Translations under genes and position numbers: made by a program
Shown here: piece by piece, positions 18,344 to 29,000 of the stretch
How positions within the stretch are numbered: the stretch's first letter is position 1
Layout: every line of letters starts with the position of its first letter
Notes under the pieces: generated by a model
Database searches by the model: none
The model's input: the letters and a program-made list of their open reading frames with translations, nothing else
Told to the model about the DNA's origin: nothing
Source of the DNA: Parcubacteria group bacterium 21-54-25
Lineage (GTDB): Bacteria; Patescibacteriota; Minisyncoccia; Phycocordibacterales; Phycocordibacteraceae
Length of the DNA: 64,000 bases
Assembly: GCA_002255585.1 (NCBI GenBank)
Contig: NCBJ01000002.1
Coordinates: 20,245-84,244, forward strand
Direction: 5' to 3'

Positions 18344-19804
18344 TTATGCATCTCGAAAGAGAAGCGTTCCGTCCGGCCCATCTTCCACACGATATCCACA
18401 TGCTATCAACCGTTCGCGCATCGTATCCGCTGCAGCGAAATCTTTAGCGACGCGAGCAGCATCCCGTTCATTTCTCATTATTCGCACGTCCTCCGGAAGC
18501 ATCGCGTCGGAAAGTGGCGCGTCAAAGTCTGGGGGTGTGGTCAACAAAAGCCCAAGCAGCGCGTCCGCGTCAAGCAATAGACCCCATTTTTCCTTAGCAT
18601 CCACATCTTCATCGCGAAGCACCTCCCACAAAATGCCGAGCGCCTGGGCAGTGTTCAGATCATCACGCAAAGCCGCTACAAAACGGATACGATTTTCTGT
18701 TACAGTCGGGCGCGCGCCTGATTCTATTCGCACGGTACGAGAAAGACGCCATAATCGAGATAGTGCTTCGGCCGAGGCAGCGAGCGCCTCCCAAGTAAAA
18801 GAAATAGGTGTGCGGTAGTGTGCTTGGTGGAAAAAATAGCGCAATACAAGCGGGTGGAAGCCGTGCTCGACAATATCAGAAAGATACACAACATTCCCTA
18901 GTGACTTTGAAACCTTATTGCCGTCCATGGTGAGGAAGGCGTTATGGAGCCAGTACCGTGCGAACGGACGGCCGCTTGCTGCTTCAGATTGTGCGATTTC
19001 ATTATTATGATGCACAGAAATCAGATCCATGCCACCGGTGTGAATATCAACTTCAACCCCCAGAAGTGCGCGCGCCATTGCCGAACACTCTAAGTGCCAT
19101 CCAGGTGCACCGCGCCCCCAAGGCGAATCCCATTCCTGGAGACGGCGCACCCCCGGGGCGGTTATTTTCCAAAGCGCGAAATCAGTCGGTCGATGTTTTT
19201 CCGGATTCACCTCTACGCGGGCACCGGCCGAAAGCACAGCTTCAGAAACGCCACCAAGCTTCCCGTAACCGGGGAAACGACTTGTATCAAAATATAGACC
19301 GTCACCCACGCGATACGCAAACCCTTTCTCTTCAAGTGTGCGCGCAAGTGAGATTTGTTCCTTTACGTACTCACTTGCACGTGGAAAAAGAATGTGTTTT
19401 GTATCGATATTTAATTCTTCAAGATCGTCGAGGAAAAATTTTGTGTACCGCTCGGTAATAGTTTTCGCAGAAAGCCCCTCGCGCCGGGCACCAATCTCGA
19501 CTTTATCTTCGCCTTCATCGCCATCACTCACCAAGTGGCCAACATCGGTGATGTTGATAACACGGCGTACGCGATACCCGGCATGTGTGATGGTTCGCGC
19601 CAGCGTATCGGCAAAGACATGCGGACGTAAATTTCCTATGTGGGCACGGTCGTAGACCGTGGGGCCACACGAATACAGAGTGGCTATGCCAGATTTCAGC
19701 GGCACAAACTGCTCTTTTTGCTCAGTGAGCGTGTTGGTTAGAAATATCGCAGCTGCACCGCGCTCTTTTTTTTGCGTGCCGATAGGAAACTGGAGCCAAG
19801 ACAT
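18344..19804 (-). CDS. cysS: Cysteinyl-tRNA synthetase
   Basis: Class I HIGN and KVSKS motifs; about 20-aa N-terminal extension, so true start may be internal. Confidence 0.85.
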   Translation of the reverse strand: MSWLQFPIGTQKKERGAAAIFLTNTLTEQKEQFVPLKSGIATLYSCGPTVYDRAHIGNLRPHVFADTLARTITHAGYRVRRVINITDVGHLVSDGDEGEDKVEIGARREGLSAKTITERYTKFFLDDLEELNIDTKHILFPRASEYVKEQISLARTLEEKGFAYRVGDGLYFDTSRFPGYGKLGGVSEAVLSAGARVEVNPEKHRPTDFALWKITAPGVRRLQEWDSPWGRGAPGWHLECSAMARALLGVEVDIHTGGMDLISVHHNNEIAQSEAASGRPFARYWLHNAFLTMDGNKVSKSLGNVVYLSDIVEHGFHPLVLRYFFHQAHYRTPISFTWEALAASAEALSRLWRLSRTVRIESGARPTVTENRIRFVAALRDDLNTAQALGILWEVLRDEDVDAKEKWGLLLDADALLGLLLTTPPDFDAPLSDAMLPEDVRIMRNERDAARVAKDFAAADTMRERLIACGYRVEDGPDGTLLFRDA

Positions 19805-19929
19805 ATGGTGAGTATAACAGTTGGGAATTGCACCGCACGTGCGGTATACTATGTCCCATTATGGAAGAACCTACTGTGCGCGAAAAAACCCCTGAATCTG
19901 AGCGAGTAGTACACAAAACACCGCAAGCT

Positions 19930-21156
19930 ATGTCGCGGCGCGTTTCGTATACGCTAATTGGACTTGCCTTGTTCTTCGCAGGGGTTGTGGCTGGCGCCAT
20001 TGGTGCCAGTAACACAGCGGGCGAATCACTCGTTGCACATCTGCCGTTTACAGGGGATTCCCTAAACGCAACGCCGAGCCAAACAGCAAACCTGAGTGAT
20101 TTCTGGGAAGTTTGGAATGCACTTCAAACAAAATTTGTCGAGAGTCACGCCTCCTCAACTATCCCCACAACACAAGATAAAGTATGGGGTGCTATCGAGG
20201 GTCTCACCGCTTCATATGGCGATCCGTATACGGTCTTCATGCCACCAGAAGAAGCGCAGGTGTTTCAACAGGATATCGCTGGCAGTTTCGGTGGTGTTGG
20301 TATAGAAATTGGCGTTAAAAACAATGTGCTGACTGTTATTTCGCCACTCAAGGGCACGCCAGCAGCACAAGCCGGGGTGCTTTCCGGTGATCAGATTGTT
20401 GCTATCGATGGCCAATCTACTGACGGCATGTCTGCTGATCAAGCCATAAAGCTGATCCGTGGTCCAAGCGGTACGACTGTCGTACTCACTGTGTTGCGTA
20501 ATGGAAAGACACAGAGTATTAAAATAGTGCGCGCCATCATTCAAGTACCAGAGATTAATTATGGCTTCTACAAAAATACCGGCGTCTATCGCATTGCCCT
20601 CTACACCTTCTCAGCAAATTCCGCAACGCTTTTTGACAAGGCATTTGCCGCCTTTAAACAATCCGGTTCACACGAGCTCGTTATCGATCTGCGCGGCAAC
20701 CCGGGTGGCTACCTTGATGCGGCTGTTGATATTGCCAGCCATTTCCTCCCAAAAGGTGAGGTAGTGGTTACGGAGGATTACGCCGGCAAGCAGCCAAACA
20801 TCGTACACTACAGTCTCGGCTACGATGATATTCCAAAGGGCACGAAAGTGGTCGTGCTCATCGACCAGGGCTCCGCTTCAGCCGCAGAAATCCTCTCTGG
20901 CGCTCTCCAAGACCACCACGTGGCAACACTAATTGGCACACGATCGTTTGGCAAAGGTTCAGTACAGGAGCTCATTAATGTGGACGGCGGGGCGCTTAAG
21001 GTAACCGTCGCGCGATGGCTTACGCCAGCCGGACACTTTATTGAAGACGGTGGTTTGACACCAAACATTGAGGTGGGACGTACACAAGCTCAGGTAAGTG
21101 CCGGGCAGGATCCTCAAATGGCGCGCGCGGTACAGTTTCTCACGACGGGGAAATAA
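19930..21156 (+). CDS. Carboxy-terminal processing protease (S41, CtpA-like) with PDZ domain
   Basis: Signal-anchor, PDZ (GVLSGDQIVAIDG), S41 core (IDLRGNPGGY); ORF-track start 19828 rejected because it would leave only 23 nt to divergent cysS; ATG 19861 is an alternative. Confidence 0.75.
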   Translation: MSRRVSYTLIGLALFFAGVVAGAIGASNTAGESLVAHLPFTGDSLNATPSQTANLSDFWEVWNALQTKFVESHASSTIPTTQDKVWGAIEGLTASYGDPYTVFMPPEEAQVFQQDIAGSFGGVGIEIGVKNNVLTVISPLKGTPAAQAGVLSGDQIVAIDGQSTDGMSADQAIKLIRGPSGTTVVLTVLRNGKTQSIKIVRAIIQVPEINYGFYKNTGVYRIALYTFSANSATLFDKAFAAFKQSGSHELVIDLRGNPGGYLDAAVDIASHFLPKGEVVVTEDYAGKQPNIVHYSLGYDDIPKGTKVVVLIDQGSASAAEILSGALQDHHVATLIGTRSFGKGSVQELINVDGGALKVTVARWLTPAGHFIEDGGLTPNIEVGRTQAQVSAGQDPQMARAVQFLTTGK

Positions 21157-21255
21157 CGCAGTAGCGAAACGGCAATACACACGGGCGGTATTGCAGGTGT
21201 GATGTCTGTGTGTCATTCTGACGAGAAGACTTTTTATTAAATATAATTTAATACT

Positions 21256-23073
21256 ATGACACTCGCTGCTCGCTGTGTTGGTTTTCGCACATGCATATTT
21301 AGCTTACTCACTATCACAACTCTGTTCGCATACGGAGTACTGCCCGCTGAGGCGGCGACGCGTACGGGGCATCCTTCGTTTTTGCAGAGTATGGAAGCGG
21401 CAGCACTCGGAGCGGTATCTCCCTCTACTACGCCGCAGGGGAGCGGATCGGGGCAGGTCATGACGCCGCTGGACGCGAACAGCAGTGGTCATGACGACAT
21501 TGTCGCACTCACACGGCCGACTATAGTCCGCGTGTTGGTGCATTTCGTCGGCACCACTACTGTTCCGGCATTCAAGGTGAATCTCGAAAAGCTAAGTTGG
21601 TCTGTCGGCGCCACGAGTGGGTCGCAGACCATGCAAATACCCTATGAACTCTACGAAACAGGGACCGGTTTTGTGGTTAATCCGAACGGCTACATACTCA
21701 CTGACGCGCACGTGGTTTCACCTGCAGAGTTGCAAAAAGTAATTGCGGGAGCTGCGCTTCTGAAGGTTATGGCATCCGTCGAAGCTGGTATGACAGCAAA
21801 AGAGAACGCATATTTGAATCGCATTCATACACAGGCACAGTACGAGCAGCTTGGTATCGACGGAGTAGCGTTTATCCTCGACCATATTTCGATGCCGAAC
21901 GCATCGAAAGTAGTAGTGCTTTCTCCGGGGAAGACCATCCACGCCACATCGACCGGCGCGATTGCCTCATCTGCATTACTAACCCAGATACAAAACAGTA
22001 ACTCTAATGCAGTGAAGGCGCAGGTGGCGTCTCTTATGCAGTCTGGTATATCCGCAACAATTGTGTCGGTCAATAATAATTTTCTAAACGACGAAAAAGA
22101 CGTTGCTCTCCTCCATGTTCCAGAAACGAATCTCCCGGCGCTTACGATCGGTAGTAGCCGCGCGGTGCAAACAGGCGACCCTATTTACGTATTCGGCTAT
22201 CCGGCCAACGCAGACTTTGGCGGCCTAAACGACGAGCCGGTATTTACTTCTGGCGTTATCGATGCGCAGAAACCCTCGACTCTGAACACGTTTAATTACC
22301 TCGAGACCGACGCAAAAGTATCTCCTGGTTCAAGCGGATCCCCGGTTATTAACGCAAACGGAAACGCGATTGGCATGCTGACATTGGGAATAAGTAACGC
22401 CAGCGGCGGAGACTCTTTTTCTCTCGCCACGCCCATATCGCTTGCCTCAGCGGTGTTGGCAGACCACTCAATAGCCACCAGCACGCCCGGCAGCTACGCC
22501 GCTCACGTACGTGCTGGCATCGCGCTTAAAAACGCACAGCATTGCAAGGCGGCGATAACCGAATTTCAGGCAGCCGAATCAAAAAATAATGTTTTTGGAG
22601 ACTCTTCGAAATATCTTGATCCATACATAACCGCCTGCAACGCACTCATAGCGTCTGGTCGATCGCTCGATACGCCATGGGATTACGTACGCAATTGGGT
22701 ATTCAATCAAGATTCGTTCTTCTGGGTACTACTGGTCATTGGTGTCCTCGCCGTCACTGCCGCTAGCAGCACTCTGCTATTCCTCGTGCGTCGCAACAAG
22801 AGCGAGGAGCAAACGATCGATGTCCTTAAATCTGAACTCGGGCACCTCGAACAAATAGGTGCTGCGACGTCTGCTGGCATAGCGCAAACAGTTTCGCATC
22901 CAGCAGCTACGGCAGCCGCGTCCCCGCACGATCCCGCACTCGATCTTTTGACGGGGTACATCCGAAACGCTCGTGCCGCAGACCAAACCGACGAAGTAAT
23001 TCGTGCTGCATTAGCCACAGCCGGCTGGAAAAGCGAAGAAATTGAAGCGGGATTTTTGGCGTTGGGGCGCTGA
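21256..23073 (+). CDS. Secreted trypsin-like serine protease (S1 family) with C-terminal TM anchor and cytoplasmic tail
   Basis: Signal peptide; GTGFVVNPNGYILTDAHV (His region), SPGSSGSPVI (catalytic Ser); TM helix near aa 495; TATAAT 9 nt upstream of ATG. Confidence 0.7.
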   Translation: MTLAARCVGFRTCIFSLLTITTLFAYGVLPAEAATRTGHPSFLQSMEAAALGAVSPSTTPQGSGSGQVMTPLDANSSGHDDIVALTRPTIVRVLVHFVGTTTVPAFKVNLEKLSWSVGATSGSQTMQIPYELYETGTGFVVNPNGYILTDAHVVSPAELQKVIAGAALLKVMASVEAGMTAKENAYLNRIHTQAQYEQLGIDGVAFILDHISMPNASKVVVLSPGKTIHATSTGAIASSALLTQIQNSNSNAVKAQVASLMQSGISATIVSVNNNFLNDEKDVALLHVPETNLPALTIGSSRAVQTGDPIYVFGYPANADFGGLNDEPVFTSGVIDAQKPSTLNTFNYLETDAKVSPGSSGSPVINANGNAIGMLTLGISNASGGDSFSLATPISLASAVLADHSIATSTPGSYAAHVRAGIALKNAQHCKAAITEFQAAESKNNVFGDSSKYLDPYITACNALIASGRSLDTPWDYVRNWVFNQDSFFWVLLVIGVLAVTAASSTLLFLVRRNKSEEQTIDVLKSELGHLEQIGAATSAGIAQTVSHPAATAAASPHDPALDLLTGYIRNARAADQTDEVIRAALATAGWKSEEIEAGFLALGR

Positions 23074-23174
23074 TCGCCCACATTGCGTTCCTACGCACAA
23101 AACGGTACGATGCGCATGCTGGGAATCCCCGCAAGTCGGTCCCTGGATGTGGCAGCTTTTTATCAAAAAAGGTT

Positions 23175-23202
23175 AACGCGCGACACTCGCGTTCCGTTTT
23201 TT
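23175..23202. terminator. Intrinsic terminator (6-bp stem, T6 tail; A6 on the other side)
   Basis: aacgcg-cgacact-cgcgtt-ccg-tttttt between protease gene and rplI. Confidence 0.5.
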
Positions 23203-23219
23203 AAATTTCTCAAGAAGAT

Positions 23220-23666
23220 ATGAAGATTATACTAACGAAAGATGTGCGAAGTATGGGTCGCGCCCACGAGACTGTTGAAGTCGCTGATGGACATGCGCTT
23301 AACTTCCTCATTCCTCAACAGCTCGCTGTTCTAGCGACGCCCGCGGCAATGCGCGCCGCTGAGACGCGCAAAACGAAAGCGGCGACGGATCGACAGGTGC
23401 AAGAGCAGCTCATCGCGCAGAATCTTGAAACACTTGCAGAAAAACGTATTGTCATCACGAAGAAAGCCAACGACAAAGGACACCTCTATGATGCGGTTGG
23501 CGTACCAGAAATCCTCGCGGCAGTACAGGAACAAGCGCATGTTGTGCTTCCTGAGGACACTATCCGTATAGAACATCCTTTCAAAGAAGTTGGCACGCAC
23601 GATGTGTCGGTGGCACATGGCGAACATTTCGGGAAATTTACAATTAGTATTGAGACAGAGGCCTAA
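23220..23666 (+). CDS. rplI: 50S ribosomal protein L9
   Basis: 148 aa, MKIILTKDV... N-domain and C-domain pattern. Confidence 0.85.
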   Translation: MKIILTKDVRSMGRAHETVEVADGHALNFLIPQQLAVLATPAAMRAAETRKTKAATDRQVQEQLIAQNLETLAEKRIVITKKANDKGHLYDAVGVPEILAAVQEQAHVVLPEDTIRIEHPFKEVGTHDVSVAHGEHFGKFTISIETEA

Positions 23667-23693
23667 ACACCAGGGAAGTGGTGCACAAAAATA

Positions 23694-23716
23694 CCCGCGT
23701 TATTGCGGGCGTTTTT
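23694..23716. terminator. Bidirectional terminator shared by rplI (+) and rpmA (-)
   Basis: cccgc-gttatt-gcggg with A-run upstream and T5 downstream. Confidence 0.5.
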
Positions 23717-23741
23717 GTTTATGAATATCCGCGTCCCCGAC

Positions 23742-24014
23742 TCACATCACATTAGCAACCTTCTTTCGAATACTACGACCATCAAAACGGCGCTTACGGG
23801 TCTCGTGATAAGAGACGACGCCTTCGACAAGCGCAAAAAGAGTGTGGTCTTTCCCGACACGCACGTTCTTGCCGGCTTCTATTTTTGTGCCGCGCTGACG
23901 AACAATAACCATCCCTGGACGTGCTTTTTCGCCTGCATAGAGTTTCGTACCGAGATATTTCGGGTTAGAATCGCGCCCGTTCTTTGTAGATCCACTCGCT
24001 TTAGTGCTTGCCAT
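23742..24014 (-). CDS. rpmA: 50S ribosomal protein L27
   Basis: 90 aa, [17 protein letters not shown]-terminus. Confidence 0.9.
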   Translation of the reverse strand: MASTKASGSTKNGRDSNPKYLGTKLYAGEKARPGMVIVRQRGTKIEAGKNVRVGKDHTLFALVEGVVSYHETRKRRFDGRSIRKKVANVM

Positions 24015-24032
24015 ACGTGTTAGTGTGTAGCC

Positions 24033-24461
24033 ATGAATATAGCAGATCTGCTAGCCCGAGGCAAGGGTTTTGCCGCCAGTCTCCACGACTGTGTGCCGGG
24101 TGCTCTCGCCGCACGCGTGCCAAAAGGCATACTTATAGCAATCCTGGCAGCGCTTGGCATTGTCGCCAGCTTCGGGGTAGGGCTCTTGATGGGTCGACAG
24201 ATAGGGCAGGGGAGCGGTTTTGTAGTGGAGATGCTCCCGCTTGCAACAACAAGCGCCATGAGTACGACAGGGAAGTCTGCTGCTGCGACAGCGCTTCCCA
24301 GAGGTGGACAAGTGGTTGCATCAAAAAACGGTAGCCGCTACTACCTGCCGTGGTGCGGCGGGGCAAACCGTATTAGTACAGTGAATAAGGTGTGGTTCTC
24401 GTCAAAAAAATCTGCAGAAGCAGCCGGGTACACGCCAGCGGCGAACTGTAAAGGCATTTAG
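24033..24461 (+). CDS. Membrane-anchored protein with C-terminal Ada-Zn-ribbon-like domain (Cys-depleted)
   Basis: TM helix aa 33-54; C-terminus [39 protein letters not shown] parallels Ada N-domain FCRPSCR...NVSFYANASEALAAGFRPCKRC; only 18 nt from divergent rpmA start, so start may be internal. Confidence 0.45.
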   Translation: MNIADLLARGKGFAASLHDCVPGALAARVPKGILIAILAALGIVASFGVGLLMGRQIGQGSGFVVEMLPLATTSAMSTTGKSAAATALPRGGQVVASKNGSRYYLPWCGGANRISTVNKVWFSSKKSAEAAGYTPAANCKGI

Positions 24462-24510
24462 TGTCTGGACTGTGGTTGTGCGTTATCGTATCTACTCTTA
24501 CAATCATCTC

Positions 24511-25110
24511 ATGATTGTTCTCGACGTCGAAGCAAGCGGAGTCATTCCGACCAAACACTCCATACTTTCACTGGGCGCCCTTGACCTTGACGAACCGTCA
24601 AATCAGTTTTATGAAGAATGTCGCATATGGAACGGTGCTCATATTGATGACGCCGCGCTCGCAGTAAACGGTTTTTCGCGCGAAGAAGCTACTGCAGCAG
24701 AGAAAAAATCCGAAGCGGAGCTTGCGCGGGCGTTTATCGCCTGGGCCCTCGATCGCCCGCGCGACCGCACACTTGCTGGCCAAAACCCCTCATTTGATCG
24801 CGATTTTGTGCGTGCGGCGTGCGAGCGGGCCGGTATCGATTTCCCATTCCCATATCGCACTATCGACACGCATACGCTCTGCTGGCTGCACATGACTGAG
24901 CGCGGGATAGCGGCCCCCATGGCTCATGGACATTCAGCAATTAGTCTCAATACCGCACTGCAATACTGCGGCCTTCCGATCGAACAGAGACCCCACGACG
25001 CGCTTGGTGGTGTGTATGCACATGCAGAGGTTATTGCGCGCATAGCGTATACTAAAAAGATACTCCCTGAGTATGAAATCTACCCGATACCATGGATGAC
25101 CAAACCGTAA
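24511..25110 (+). CDS. DEDD-family 3'-5' exonuclease (DnaQ/RNase T-like)
   Basis: Exo I MIVLDVEASG, Exo II, Exo III regions; start taken at MIVLD. Confidence 0.7.
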   Translation: MIVLDVEASGVIPTKHSILSLGALDLDEPSNQFYEECRIWNGAHIDDAALAVNGFSREEATAAEKKSEAELARAFIAWALDRPRDRTLAGQNPSFDRDFVRAACERAGIDFPFPYRTIDTHTLCWLHMTERGIAAPMAHGHSAISLNTALQYCGLPIEQRPHDALGGVYAHAEVIARIAYTKKILPEYEIYPIPWMTKP

Positions 25111-25868
25111 ACCAACCAAGTTCAAACAATAATAACAATACGACACCGTCGCACGAGACGGCGCGACGACTGGCGCGTGTTATCGCAGAAGGGCACACGA
25201 ACGTTCCTGAAGACGCGGCACCGCTTGTTTGTAAACCCAATCATGTGGAGTCGTGGCGTGTATTCAAGATTATGTCGGAATTCGTAGAAGGATTCGACCT
25301 TATACGACGTCACTCTCTCGCAGCTACTTTTTTTGGATCGGCACGAGCAACACTCGATCCTGCCGTATACCAAGCCGCAACGGACCTTGCTGCTGCGCTC
25401 GCCAAAGAAGGCTACGCGGTCGTCACGGGCGGAAGCGCGGGCATCATGCAGGCGGCTAATAAAGGCGCATACGACATCGGGGGCGCTTCAGTTGGTCTTA
25501 ACATTCGCCTCCCGAACGCACAAAAGGAGAACAGCTTCCTTACCGAGAAACTTGAGTTCGACCATTTCTTTGTACGCAAAGTTATGCTGACATTCGCTTC
25601 GGAGGTATACATCTTTTTCCCGGGCGGGTTCGGTACGATGGACGAGTTTTTTGAGATTGTTACTCTCGTGCAAACCGGAAAGATTAAGAAGGTGCCTATC
25701 GTCATGTACGACGCTGATTACTGGAATCCATTGCTTGAGTTCATCGACGCACAACTTCTTAAGAAATTTAAAACCATCAGTCCTGAAGATCGTGCTCTTT
25801 TACACGTCGTCGACTCCCCAGATGAAGCGCTTGCGTATATCAAAGAACACGTATCGCTCGTTTGCTAG
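25092..25868 (+). CDS. LOG-family / TIGR00730 Rossmann-fold nucleotide-binding protein (cytokinin riboside 5'-monophosphate phosphoribohydrolase-like)
   Basis: VVTGGSAGIMQAANKGA and PGGFGTMDEFFE motifs; overlaps preceding gene by 19 nt. Confidence 0.8.
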   Translation: MDDQTVNQPSSNNNNNTTPSHETARRLARVIAEGHTNVPEDAAPLVCKPNHVESWRVFKIMSEFVEGFDLIRRHSLAATFFGSARATLDPAVYQAATDLAAALAKEGYAVVTGGSAGIMQAANKGAYDIGGASVGLNIRLPNAQKENSFLTEKLEFDHFFVRKVMLTFASEVYIFFPGGFGTMDEFFEIVTLVQTGKIKKVPIVMYDADYWNPLLEFIDAQLLKKFKTISPEDRALLHVVDSPDEALAYIKEHVSLVC

Positions 25869-25870
25869 GG

Positions 25871-25900
25871 AAGAGACGGACCGTCTTAATTTTTAATTTA
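25871..25900 (+). terminator. Weak hairpin plus T5 after LOG gene
   Basis: agac-ggacc-gtct then taattttt; marginal. Confidence 0.2.
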
Positions 25901-26022
25901 TAGTGAATTCGAACTTATGTATATGTGTTTATAATATATAAAGTGCGCACAATATATCTTTTGCGAAGATTAATATACGAAAAACAATAACATGTAGTGA
26001 ACACATTCGTTCGAAATGTCTC

Positions 26023-26051
26023 TTGTGATACTCTCACGCGTACATTAGACT
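26023..26051 (+). promoter_or_regulatory. Candidate promoter TTGTGA-N17-TAGACT for the large beta-helix gene (near-leaderless)
   Basis: Within 200-bp AT-rich spacer (hand count about 25-30% GC); predicted transcription start site about 10 nt before ATG; overlaps T7-like motif. Confidence 0.3.
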
Positions 26052-26069
26052 TAATACGTCACTATAGGA

Positions 26070-29000
26070 ATGTCTTTCAAGCGTCGGAAATCACATAGAA
26101 TACAGAAGTACCAAACTCATATAATTGTAGTTATTACTTTGACTGTGTTTGTTGTTCTTGGAACAACAGTGACCGGTTTCCTAGCTACAGCGCCAAGAAA
26201 ATCAAATGCCGAGGGTAATGAGGTGTTTGTTGGGCCGTTCCCAAGTTGGGTGAACGTTGTTAAAAAATATGGTGCTGTCGGGAACGGTATCACTGATGAT
26301 ACTGCCGCTATTCAGAGGGCTCTCGATAGCCTGAGCAATGCATACCCGGGCTCTAGTAACTCAGCAAACGCAACAACGACTATCTACTTCCCCGCCGGCA
26401 CGTATCGCATCACGGCACCGCTCCACCTCGTTGCAAAACATTACGTCAACATCGTCGGCGCAAATCCTGCGGACACGGTGATTCTTTGGGATGGACCGGC
26501 CAGCACAACCACCGCGTCAAGCACGGCCATGTTAACCGTCAATGGCGTGTATCATTCTTCCATTGACCGGCTCACATTCAACGGACGCGGCAACGCAAGT
26601 ATCGCCATCGATCAGGCATGGACGCCAGGACAAGGATTTTTTGATAGCGGCAATGAGTACGCCGATGACGTATTCGAAAATGTCGGTGTCGGGTATCGCT
26701 GTGGCGCAAGCGGTCATGGCTGCGCCGAGAGTTCCCTTTTACGCGACCAATTCTTAAACAATAGTGTTGCCGGGGTTTCACTCCAAAATTTCAACGCACT
26801 CGACATTTTCATCTGGTACTCACTCTTTAAGAATGATGCAATCGGCATAACGAATAGCTTGCCAAACGTGGTCACCGCATCGTCAGCCGGGAATTTCCAT
26901 GTGTACAAGAGTATTTTCGAAAACTCAAAAATTGCAGATATGGCAATTGGCAACACTGGTCTTTTCAGCGCTCTTGATAACTATTCAATTGATTCCAATC
27001 AATTCTTTTATACTAGTGGTTCAAGCGCTCCTGCGCATATCACGATTCAAGGGAATACCATCATTGATACTACGAACCCAACGTCTATTTCTGTAAATAA
27101 CAAAGGGCCGCTGCTTTTGGTCGACAACACAATCGTGAGCAGTTCGGCTAACGACAGCTCTTCGCAGCCAGTGGTCAGTGCTAACAGCTGGAATCCATCT
27201 ATTTTGTTCTCCATGGATAACTCTTTCACTTCTTCTGGCCCACTCACTTACGCAAACGGCAGCTATTACTCATTTGGTGATGAAAAAGTAAGTAACAGCG
27301 GCATTAACCAAACGCCACCGATACTCCCTCCTCCCCCACCAAACCAGCAACCACAAATCATTGAGGTACCGGTAAACGCGAATGCTGCACAAATCCAACA
27401 GGCGATAAGTCAGGCGGCAGCGATCGGTGGTGGTACGGTTGTACACATTCCCGCGGGAACTTATTACATTAATACAACGCTCTTGGTGCCGGCAAACAGC
27501 GGCCTTCAAATTATCGGCGACGGCGAAGATTCCGATTTGCTTTGGTCAGGCATTGGTACTGGCCCAGTCCTGCGGCTCTTGGGGCCAAGCAGGGCGGTGC
27601 TCAAAAACTTTTCTGTAAACGGCAATAACGAGCAGGCCGATGGTATCGAGGTGGATAATGCAGACCAACCGGGTGGGCGGGTATTCATGGAACAGGCCTG
27701 GCTCACAAACTCAGACACAAACTTATTTGTTGATGGTTTAGATTACACAAATACAGAACTGTATGATTTCTACCATTCAGGACTACCGGCCGGTGCAAGC
27801 GCCAACGCGGGAGCAAGTGTGAAGGTAGTGGGCGGTCCGTATGCAGCGCACGGTCTCTGGAAGGGTGGCGCAACCAACATCTTTTCTGGTGCATCATCCA
27901 ATACCAATCTCAGTTATAGCGTCTCAGGCGGCGCGCATCTTATGATACGAGATGTATGGTACGAAGAACACCCGCAAATTTTACCGAATTTCATAGATCT
28001 TACCGGCACGAGTACACTCACCTATGCCGGCTCGCGAATGGCGCTCCAGGCAGTCTCTGGTACGCCAGCAATAAATATCCACGATTTCCATGGTACGGCA
28101 ACGTTTCTGAATAACGACCTAACTACCGAATACGGCAATCAAACGAGCAGTGTCATTGACATAAACGGTAACGATACGGGTGCCGATGTTACTGGTATAG
28201 GGTTGCTAGGCACTGGTGCTAGCTATTTTAATAACAACTCAAACGCGTCGGTGCAGGGTGTCTTATTAGGTTCCATTCGGCGCTCCCAAGCCAGCGGCGC
28301 AGCGGATGTACCCGACCAAGGCAGTGCAAATGCTCAGTTTCTTACAACCGCGCTCAATCAGGTGCAGACAGAGCAGCCAGCACAGCTTTCACCACTCTCT
28401 CCAGGAGTTACTGATACGCGCTTCTACCGGGTTGCAGTCAATAATGCGCGCATAGGCATTCACCTCGAAGCACTGGTACCTACCACGCCTCCAACCATCT
28501 CAGCGCTGTCCGTGTCCCCAGCAAATACACTGGCGACCATCTATTGGACAACGGATGAAGTGGCGAACGCTGCTGTCGATTACGGCACCTCAGCTACCTA
28601 CACAACACACACAGCTGCTGACGCATATACCACGAGTCACACGATTGCGTTGCCTTCACTTGCGCAGTGCACCACGTATCACTATCAAGTACGCTCTGTT
28701 GATATTTTCGGCAACCAAACGATATCCCCTGACCAAGCCTTCAAGACGACCGGCTGCCAACAAGCTTCAGCACTGCCAATAACCGCAACGAATACGGCGC
28801 CTCTATTACCAACAACACTTCCTGCGGTCACTGCCCCAACGTCGTCGCAACCAGTCCAAAGCACCGCGACACAAGGAGAGGCCGCCCCACAGACGATAGC
28901 GACATCGACCGTTGCGCCACCCCCACAAACGAATGGCGAACTTGTAACAGAGATCCAACATCTCCTTGATCTCCTCCACTCACTCGAAGAACAGTTGGCC

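Noticed and set aside
26052-26068. T7 promoter-like sequence as cloning-vector contamination
   Set aside because: The match has a 2-nt internal deletion relative to the T7 phi10 promoter. It is also embedded in contiguous native sequence flanked by host genes, so it is not a vector fragment. It is kept only as a curiosity in the findings.
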